A stretch of 24,000 nucleotides of DNA from an uncultured Clostridiaceae bacterium (GTDB taxonomy: Bacteria; Bacillota; Clostridia; Clostridiales; Clostridiaceae): positions 3,709,701 to 3,733,700 of the forward strand of contig CAWAAR010000003.1 in assembly GCA_963780135.1 (NCBI GenBank), read 5' to 3'. Position numbers and translations under genes: made by a program. A model generated the notes under the pieces. The model had not been told where the DNA came from, did not search any database, and was given only the letters and a program-made list of their open reading frames with translations. Within the stretch, counting starts at the first letter, position 1. Each line of letters begins with the position of its first letter. This document shows, one piece after another, positions 7,223 through 13,737 of this stretch.

Positions 7223-9519
7223 TATATTTCCTCCCCTTTAAGATTATTCATTAATACTTCAAGTATATCAAGTGCTTCCTTAAATTTATATTTCAAAACA
7301 AACCTCTCAATTTCTGCAGCATTTTTTTGGATTTCTACCGGCCATACTAATTTTCTATATTCTTTCATAACTTCAGCACATTTTTTAGGTTTTCGAGTTT
7401 TCAAATAAGGTTTAAGCTCATTCATAATTTTTAATATTTCATTTTTGGATGAAACATTACCAGTTACCATAGCCACCTGCTCATCTTCTGGAAGTACACT
7501 TTCAAGAGCTTTTATCATTTTACTAAGCATAACACTTGTCTCTCTCAACATGGTGTTAAGTATATCAGAAGAAATCCTTTTTTTAATGGCCTCTTCTAAA
7601 CTAGCTGCCTTTTCCTGAATAACCACAGCACCAATAGTTCCAGATACCCCCTTTAAAGTGTGCGCAATACGTTCTGCAGTAAGAAAGTCCCCCTCTGAAA
7701 TCACTTTTTCAATTTGCATAATTGCATCCTTTTGTCCTAACACATATTTTTTCAATAAATTTATATATGATTTTTTCTTTCCAAGTACCCTTCTTAACCC
7801 AAGTGATGTATCAAGTCCAGGAATGCCTACTACAAAGTCATCTGAACATGTATTTACTGAAGCTTTAAATTTTACTTTTTCAGTACTTACTTTTCTAAAT
7901 GGAATCCATTTTAAAAGTATTGAAAACAACTGATTAGGATCTATAGGTTTAGATATATAATCATTCATACCTGCTTGTATACACTTATTCTGATCATTGG
8001 TCATTACATTAGCAGTCATTGCAATAATAGGTAATGCTAATCTCTTTATATTTCTTCTAATTTCTTTTGTTGCTGTTACACCATCCATTACTGGCATCTG
8101 CATGTCCATAAGTACAATATCGTATTTATTCTCCCTAACTTTATCCACTGCAATTTTTCCATTTTTAGCAAAATCTATTGAAAACTCGCCTTCTTGTAAT
8201 AGGTCAACTGCAACCTGCACATTTAGTTCATTATCTTCCACTAATAATATCCGGGCTCCACTGATTACTGTAAGAGATTCATTGTTTTTTAAAGGTTCAT
8301 CCATCTTTTGTGTTGCTTTACCAATACCAAGTTTTGCAGTAAACCAAAAAGTACTTCCTATTCCAAGTTCAGTTTCAACTCCAACCTGGCCTTCCATTAG
8401 AGTTGCCAATTCTTTAGAAATAGCAAGCCCCAGACCTGTACCTCCATACTTTCTAGTTATAGAAGTATCGGCCTGTTGAAAGGATTGAAAAAGTTCACCT
8501 TTTTGTTCTTCAGTCATACCAAGTCCTGTATCCTGAACCTCAAACTTTATTACACACTGATCAAGTAATTCTTCTTCTTTGCGAATTCTTACAACTATTT
8601 GTCCTTTTTCAGTGAATTTAACTGCATTGCTTACATAATTAATAAGAATTTGTCCTACTCTTAAGGGATCACCGCATAAATTCTTTGGTAATTCAGTATC
8701 TAAATCAAAGATTAGTTGAAGACCCTTTGAAGCACATTTGTCACCAATAAGATTTTCTAGATTATCTAGTACCTCAGCCAGTTTAAAACTGGTTTTCTCA
8801 ATTTTAAGCTTTCCTGCTTCGATTTTAGAAAAGTCCAATATATCATTTATTACACCTAACAAATGCTGATTGGATTGGGATATCTTGTTAATATAATCCC
8901 TTTGTTTGGTATTTAGATCTGTTTTTTCAATTAAATAAGTCATTCCCATAATAGCATTTATTGGAGTTCGAATTTCATGACTCATATTTGCTAAAAAATC
9001 CGACTTCGTTTTAGCAGCCTCCTCAGCACGTTCCTTAGCATCCCTTAATTCTTCTGCTTGTACTAGCAATTTATCATTCTTTTTTTTAAGCTCAACCATA
9101 AGTTCTTGTCTTGATGGTATGGATAGTACTTTTTTTAACTCTTCTATTTCTTCTTTACTAATAGAAAATTTCATATCTTTTATGTAAGAAAATGCTTCTA
9201 TAATTAATGAATTATCCTCTAATTTCCTTATAAAGTAATTATCAAAAATTTCATTACCAAATTCAAGATTCTCTTTAGTTACTATTTTCGATAATTTAAA
9301 TAATAAAGCTTTTTTTTCATATATATCTGTTATAAAAATTGAAATCAGTATATCTTTATTATTGCAATAACATCTACGACATATTTCCGATATAGCAACT
9401 TCAATTCTTGTGGTTTTTATATCAGTATACCCAAAGCTTGTAACTAGTCCTCGTATTTTCTTTCTAGCTTCAATTATAGAATCGATGTTCATTATTTTGA
9501 GAATGCCTAATTCAATCAT
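7222..9519 (-). CDS. Cytoplasmic hybrid sensor histidine kinase: unusual N-terminal domain, coiled coil, HisKA, HATPase_c, REC, Hpt
   Basis: 765 aa. It has an H-box (FLANMSHEIRTPINAI), an ATPase region (NAVKFT, DTGLGM, GTGLGLAISK), a REC domain (ILLVEDN...DIVLMDMQMPVMDG...KP) and an Hpt motif (AHTLKGVSGTIGA). No TM segments. A good RBS (AAGAGGTAAG) precedes the ATG. The gap to rsbX upstream is 22 nt. Confidence 0.9.
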   Translation of the reverse strand: MIELGILKIMNIDSIIEARKKIRGLVTSFGYTDIKTTRIEVAISEICRRCYCNNKDILISIFITDIYEKKALLFKLSKIVTKENLEFGNEIFDNYFIRKLEDNSLIIEAFSYIKDMKFSISKEEIEELKKVLSIPSRQELMVELKKKNDKLLVQAEELRDAKERAEEAAKTKSDFLANMSHEIRTPINAIMGMTYLIEKTDLNTKQRDYINKISQSNQHLLGVINDILDFSKIEAGKLKIEKTSFKLAEVLDNLENLIGDKCASKGLQLIFDLDTELPKNLCGDPLRVGQILINYVSNAVKFTEKGQIVVRIRKEEELLDQCVIKFEVQDTGLGMTEEQKGELFQSFQQADTSITRKYGGTGLGLAISKELATLMEGQVGVETELGIGSTFWFTAKLGIGKATQKMDEPLKNNESLTVISGARILLVEDNELNVQVAVDLLQEGEFSIDFAKNGKIAVDKVRENKYDIVLMDMQMPVMDGVTATKEIRRNIKRLALPIIAMTANVMTNDQNKCIQAGMNDYISKPIDPNQLFSILLKWIPFRKVSTEKVKFKASVNTCSDDFVVGIPGLDTSLGLRRVLGKKKSYINLLKKYVLGQKDAIMQIEKVISEGDFLTAERIAHTLKGVSGTIGAVVIQEKAASLEEAIKKRISSDILNTMLRETSVMLSKMIKALESVLPEDEQVAMVTGNVSSKNEILKIMNELKPYLKTRKPKKCAEVMKEYRKLVWPVEIQKNAAEIERFVLKYKFKEALDILEVLMNNLKGEEI

Positions 9520-9541
9520 TTTAACTTACCTCTTTAAAGTT

Positions 9542-10141
9542 TCATATTAAATATTTTAGCACAATGCAAGATTCATCATCATTTTTTTTACTAAATTTTT
9601 CTAATATTCCTTGTGCAATATTTTCAGCATTTTCTTTTAGTAATCCTCTACATTCAAAGGATTCAAAATGTTCTTTAATACCATCTGAATGCAAAAGTAA
9701 AATTTCTCCTCCATGAAGTTTTAAACTGTGTTTGTGAGGATTGGTTATTCTATAGCCAATGACACCACCTTTTGATACAAACCTAATAGGCTTTGGCCAC
9801 ATAATTCTAACAGTAATATTTCCTATTCCAACATAACTGAGTTCACCAGTTACCATATCTAAATTACATATTGCTGCAACAGCTCCTCTGGTTCCCTTTA
9901 AATGTTCATGCAGACCATTCATAATGTCCACTATGTCCTTACAATAATTATTCTCCAAGTATGTTTTTGCATATAGTGCTACTTTTCTTGCTTCTGATCC
10001 ATGTCCAAGTATATCAACTAAAGCCAAAAAACAATTATTTCCATACTTTTTAATAATACCTATATCACCACACTCTGATTCGTCTCCAAGTAATGCTTTG
10101 TAAACCATGCCTAACTCAATATCTGACATTATCTCTTCCAT
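9542..10141 (-). CDS. rsbX: RsbX-like PP2C-family serine phosphatase
   Basis: About 195-199 aa, the same size as RsbX. It has PP2C/SpoIIE-type acidic motifs (CGD, VDILGHG, LLLHSDGI). It sits directly after the RsbT-like kinase, as in rsbRSTX operons. An alternative start at 10129 (MSDIELG) would give a 1-nt TAATG overlap with rsbT. Confidence 0.75.
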   Translation of the reverse strand: MEEIMSDIELGMVYKALLGDESECGDIGIIKKYGNNCFLALVDILGHGSEARKVALYAKTYLENNYCKDIVDIMNGLHEHLKGTRGAVAAICNLDMVTGELSYVGIGNITVRIMWPKPIRFVSKGGVIGYRITNPHKHSLKLHGGEILLLHSDGIKEHFESFECRGLLKENAENIAQGILEKFSKKNDDESCIVLKYLI

Positions 10142-10590
10142 TTACGTGCAAGCACACGCGTTCCCTTTCCTAATATAGCTTCAATATAAAATTCGTCCAT
10201 TATCCTTTTCACACTTGGCAGTCCTAAGCCTAGGCTATGAGGTAAAGAACTGTACTGTTCTTGCATGGCAAGCTCAATATCCATTATTCCAGGACCATTA
10301 TCCTTAGCAAATATTTCAATACCTACACGGCCATCATTTATATTTCTTATAAAACTAATAGTTATTTCACCTTTTTTTGCATATCGAATTATATTTGTTG
10401 ATAATTCAGATGCTGCAGTAGCAATCATAACCTCATCCGTACGCATAAAACCAGCTTTTACAGCCATCTGCCTTGTAACAAATATGATATGCCCATTATT
10501 ATGATCTTCTGCAAGCTTAACAAGAACCATATCCAATAAGCTCACAGTTTTGCCTGCAAAAATAGTAAAGCCATCTTCTATTTCATCCAT
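10129..10590 (-). CDS. rsbT: RsbT-like serine kinase / switch protein (GHKL ATPase, anti-sigma-factor kinase family)
   Basis: 153 aa. It has an N-box (ASELSTNIIRYA), a G1 box (KDNGPGI) and a G2-like motif (GLGLPSVKRIMDEF). The C-terminal ...ARKWKR resembles the end of B. subtilis RsbT (from memory). RBS AGAGGTG. Confidence 0.8.
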   Translation of the reverse strand: MDEIEDGFTIFAGKTVSLLDMVLVKLAEDHNNGHIIFVTRQMAVKAGFMRTDEVMIATAASELSTNIIRYAKKGEITISFIRNINDGRVGIEIFAKDNGPGIMDIELAMQEQYSSLPHSLGLGLPSVKRIMDEFYIEAILGKGTRVLARKWKR

Positions 10591-10616
10591 TAATAAGCAC
10601 CTCTGATTTTATTAAA

Positions 10617-10985
10617 TTAAGTCTTTGATACTAGTTTAAATCCCTGTTCTAAGTTAATAGCAGCTTTTATACCACTAACATCTACATTTAAATCTAATAG
10701 TGCTGACACAACTCCGGGTTTAAGACCAATCCATACAACATTAACTCCCATAAGTGAAATTGCTTTTGAAGCTTTTTGTAAAAACTTAAATGTATAAGAA
10801 TCCATTCCTTTTAACATACTTAAATCAAGTATAGCACTAACTATTGAAACGTTATTAGCTTTTGTTATTATTCTGCTAATACCTAGTTCTATCTCTTTAT
10901 CAGTAATTTCACTTGGCAGTGTTACAATAAGACACCCTTCTACTACTGTCACTGATGTTTTAAAATCATAATCAAACTCTATCAT
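10617..10985 (-). CDS. rsbS: RsbS-like single STAS-domain protein
   Basis: 122 aa, STAS fold pattern. A conserved phosphorylatable Ser sits in the GMDSYTF context (Ser63 by my count), equivalent to the DMIDSF Ser59 of B. subtilis RsbS. RBS AAGGAAG. The gap to rsbR is 10 nt. Confidence 0.8.
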   Translation of the reverse strand: MIEFDYDFKTSVTVVEGCLIVTLPSEITDKEIELGISRIITKANNVSIVSAILDLSMLKGMDSYTFKFLQKASKAISLMGVNVVWIGLKPGVVSALLDLNVDVSGIKAAINLEQGFKLVSKT

Positions 10986-10995
10986 AGCATCTTCC

Positions 10996-11808
10996 TTATA
11001 ATTCTTTTTTATGTTTCACTTCTAAATTAAGTATTGAAAAAGCTTCAGCCAAGGCATCGCTTAAAGTAGCCTTTGTTTTTATGCTTTCCATGTCAATTCC
11101 TAGTTCAATAATAGTTTGTGCCACTGCTGGAGATATCCCAGAAATTATACATTCACAGCCCATAAGTTTTGTAGCCTTCGTTATTTTAATAAGATGATTT
11201 GCTACAGCAGTATCTACAGCAGCAACCCCATGAATATCCATTATTATAACTTTAGAATATGTTTCCATTATTTTGTTTAGCATACTTTCCATCATATGCT
11301 GTGCTCTCATAGAATCAACCACACCTACAACCGGAAGAACCAGAACTCCTTCCCATAATTCTATAGTCGGTGTTGACATCTCACGTATGGTTTGGCTTTG
11401 TTCCCTTACTCTTTCTTCATATTGAACTCTTTCCATTATATCAATGATAAACTCAAGACCTCCAATTATATTATCATTTTCATCTTTTAAAGGAACAGAA
11501 AAATATTCCATAGGCATTTTCAAGTTATTAATTGTTACTTCATTTCGTGCAGAACACATTTTTCCACTTTCAATAGCTTTAATCATACAACACTGCTCCG
11601 TATTACAATGCAATGAATTAAAAAGGTCACAACACCTTTTGCCTAAAATGTCCTCCTTGCTTTTCTTTACAGTTTTTTGTCCCGCCTTATTTATATAAGT
11701 TACTCTTAATTCTTTATCCACTGCCATTACTGTAGTTGGTATTTGATCAAGAATCTGCATTTTTATCGTACTATTTGCTTCCTCAAAATTTTCAGTGATA
11801 TTATCCAT
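10996..11808 (-). CDS. rsbR: RsbR-like stressosome sensor: N-terminal Cys-rich PAS domain plus C-terminal STAS domain
   Basis: 270 aa. The PAS-like N-terminus (VMAVDKELRVTYINKAGQ...) is followed by a linker helix. The STAS domain has VVDSMRA (Ser166) and AAVDTAVA (Thr200) at the positions of the RsbRA Thr171/Thr205 phosphosites. RBS AGGAGGAAAAG. Confidence 0.8.
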   Translation of the reverse strand: MDNITENFEEANSTIKMQILDQIPTTVMAVDKELRVTYINKAGQKTVKKSKEDILGKRCCDLFNSLHCNTEQCCMIKAIESGKMCSARNEVTINNLKMPMEYFSVPLKDENDNIIGGLEFIIDIMERVQYEERVREQSQTIREMSTPTIELWEGVLVLPVVGVVDSMRAQHMMESMLNKIMETYSKVIIMDIHGVAAVDTAVANHLIKITKATKLMGCECIISGISPAVAQTIIELGIDMESIKTKATLSDALAEAFSILNLEVKHKKEL

Positions 11809-11875
11809 CTTTTCCTCCTAATAATTTTTTATTTACTCATAACTAACCACTCTAATACTCCTATCTTATTAAGTT

Positions 11876-11904
11876 AATATAACATATCATACTCTCAATC
11901 TCAA
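11876..11904 (-). promoter_or_regulatory. Candidate promoter of the rsbR operon (-35 TTGAGA, 17 nt, -10 TATATT on the minus strand)
   Basis: The minus strand reads TTGAGA ttgagagtatgatatgt TATATT, about 70 nt upstream of the rsbR ATG. This is a hexamer match only, in AT-rich DNA. Confidence 0.25.
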
Positions 11905-12062
11905 TTTATTTTTCAACTATCTAGTTTCCATATAATACAACTTATAACAAAGGTGTTTTTTTGTTTTTATTTTAGTTTACTTTAAATTTTAATTTACATA
12001 ATATTATATTTGTTAACTGCACTTAATAAAGCTTTTAATACTAAAAAATATTACATTAAATT

Positions 12063-12111
12063 GAGAAAAACTCACCTTCATTGTCCTCTGTCAATTGATC
12101 TCTCAAAAAAA
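12063..12111. repeat. Solo copy of one arm of the inverted-repeat element found at 19457..19742
   Basis: gagaaaaactcaccttcattgtcctctgtcaattgatctctcaaaaaaa aligns with aagaaaacttaccttcactgtcctctgtcctatgtcaattgtcctctaaaaaa (19681..19733), apart from an 8-nt indel and a few substitutions. Confidence 0.65.
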
Positions 12112-12124
12112 GTTGTGTCACATC

Positions 12125-12153
12125 TTGCTTAAACTGCGAAAATTAAGTAATAT
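12125..12153 (+). promoter_or_regulatory. Candidate promoter of the REC-HD-GYP gene (-35 TTGCTT, 17 nt, -10 TAATAT)
   Basis: TTGCTT aaactgcgaaaattaag TAATAT, about 65 nt upstream of the ATG. Hexamer match only. Confidence 0.3.
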
Positions 12154-12170
12154 AAGTTTAAGTAAACACA

Positions 12171-12198
12171 AAGTTTGTTAAAATCTAGCAACAAACTT
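12171..12198 (+). promoter_or_regulatory. Perfect 9-bp inverted repeat (aagtttgtt N10 aacaaactt) abutting the RBS of the REC-HD-GYP gene
   Basis: The arms are at 12171-12179 and 12190-12198. The Shine-Dalgarno GGGAGG starts 4 nt after the right arm. It could be a 5'-UTR hairpin or a dimeric operator. Confidence 0.4.
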
Positions 12199-12218
12199 AA
12201 AGGGAGGTGCAAAATAAC

Positions 12219-13337
12219 ATGAAAAAACTTTCTGAATGTATGGTGCTTATTGTTGATGATACGGAAGCTAATGTGGATATCCTTGTAGAAGCCTTTGGTG
12301 ACGATTATGAAATATCCGTTGCTATGGATGGAGAATCTGCTCTTGAAAATATAGGAATGGAATTGCCTGACATAATTTTATTGGATATTATGATGCCTGA
12401 TATGGATGGGTATGAACTATGCCGCCGTATCAAAGAAAATAAAGCTACTGCAGAAATTCCTATTATATTTTTAACAGCCATGACAGATATAGTAAGCAAA
12501 ACAAAAGGCTTTGAACTTGGTGCAGTGGATTATATAATTAAACCTTTTGAAATTCTTGAGGTAAAAGCTAGGGTACATACCCACCTGTCCTTGAGACTTG
12601 CACAATATGAGTTATCAAAGCAAAATGAACTTCTTGAGATAAAAGTAATAGAAAGAACAAAGGAGCTTAATCTTACCCAAGAAGCAACTATTGAAGCAAT
12701 GGCTTGTCTAGCAGAATATCGTGATCCTGAAACTGGAGGTCATATAAAACGCACAAAAAATTATATAAAAATATTGGCAGAGGAACTAAAAAAAACTTCA
12801 AAGTTCAAGGATATTTTGCTTAACGAAACCATAGAACTTTTGTACAAATCCGCACCTCTCCATGATATCGGCAAAATAGGTATAAGAGATGATATTTTGC
12901 TTAAAAATGACAAATTAACCCCTGAAGAATTTGAAGAAATGAAAAAACATACACTTTTAGGATATTACTCACTGTTAAAAGCTTCTTCAAAACTTGGTAA
13001 TAATTCTTTTTTAAAATGTGCAATGGAACTTACGCGCTCTCATCAAGAAAAATGGGATGGAACAGGTTATCCAGATGGTCTAAGGGGAGAAGATATTCCT
13101 TTACCTGGAAGACTTATGGCAGTGTCAGATGTTTATGATGCACTTATCAGTAAACGAGTCTACAAACCTGCTTTTTCTCATAAAAAAGCTGTTCAAATAA
13201 TTCTTGAAGGTAGGGGCCATCACTTTGATCCTGAGATTGTTGATGCATTCATGAATATTCATGAAGAATTCCGAAAAATTGCATATAAATATGCTGATTG
13301 TGAGGAAGAACGTACTGCCCTGAATAATTCAATTTAG
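12219..13337 (+). CDS. Response regulator with HD-GYP output domain (c-di-GMP phosphodiesterase, RpfG-type)
   Basis: It has a REC domain (LIVDD...DIILLDIMMPDMDG...KP). The HD-GYP domain has HDIGKIGI and HQEKWDGTGYPDGL motifs. The start is set at the ATG at 12219 (MKKLSEC). The GTG used by the track lies inside the GGGAGGTG RBS. Confidence 0.9.
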   Translation: MKKLSECMVLIVDDTEANVDILVEAFGDDYEISVAMDGESALENIGMELPDIILLDIMMPDMDGYELCRRIKENKATAEIPIIFLTAMTDIVSKTKGFELGAVDYIIKPFEILEVKARVHTHLSLRLAQYELSKQNELLEIKVIERTKELNLTQEATIEAMACLAEYRDPETGGHIKRTKNYIKILAEELKKTSKFKDILLNETIELLYKSAPLHDIGKIGIRDDILLKNDKLTPEEFEEMKKHTLLGYYSLLKASSKLGNNSFLKCAMELTRSHQEKWDGTGYPDGLRGEDIPLPGRLMAVSDVYDALISKRVYKPAFSHKKAVQIILEGRGHHFDPEIVDAFMNIHEEFRKIAYKYADCEEERTALNNSI

Positions 13338-13358
13338 TTTTCAGCACCAAAAATTAAA

Positions 13359-13396
13359 CGGCTCTTGAAATCAAATTCAAGGCCGCTTGTTTTTTG
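13359..13396. terminator. Bidirectional rho-independent terminator between convergent genes
   Basis: A GC-containing stem cggc(t)cttgaa / ttcaaggccg (10 bp with one bulge). It is followed by cttgTTTTTTg on the plus strand and by a T-rich run on the minus strand. Confidence 0.65.
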
Positions 13397-13411
13397 TTAA
13401 CAATATAAATT

Positions 13412-13612
13412 CTATTTATTATAAGATTTTTTTATTTCTCCAATATCCTTTCCACCAATACCAATATTCTCATCATCAAGTTCATGAATTACAACAGTAA
13501 ATGACTCCTTTGGAATCTTTGTAATTTCTGCTGTAGTTTCTGTGATGTTTTTGATAATTTCTCTTTTTTGTTCTTTTGTTAGTTTACCTATTTCTAATGA
13601 TATAACTGGCAT
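13412..13612 (-). CDS. 4-oxalocrotonate tautomerase family protein
   Basis: A 66-aa protein beginning MPVISLEIGKLTKEQKREII...; the size and the catalytic Pro1 after Met removal are typical of the family. The start is moved to the ATG at 13612, with GGGAAG 8 nt upstream. The GTG start in the track would bury Pro1. Confidence 0.75.
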   Translation of the reverse strand: MPVISLEIGKLTKEQKREIIKNITETTAEITKIPKESFTVVIHELDDENIGIGGKDIGEIKKSYNK

Positions 13613-13684
13613 AAAAAGCACTTCCCTTCATTTATATTTTATAATATCTTTAAATAATAAACAAATCATTATATACATTGTATC

Positions 13685-13728
13685 AAAGGAAAAACAGTTC
13701 AAAACACATTCAGTATTTTGAACTGTTT
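13685..13728 (-). terminator. Rho-independent terminator after the DUF2167-like gene
   Basis: A perfect 13-bp stem (13692-13704 / 13716-13728) with an 11-nt loop, followed on the minus strand by TTCCTTT. Confidence 0.65.
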
Positions 13729-13737
13729 CTTAAATTA

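Noticed and set aside
9542-10141. Interpreting the PP2C gene as RsbU (the output phosphatase) rather than RsbX (the feedback phosphatase).
   Set aside because: It is only about 195-199 aa, with no N-terminal RsbT-binding extension. It follows rsbT directly as rsbX does. No RsbV-like single STAS substrate or anti-sigma kinase follows it.
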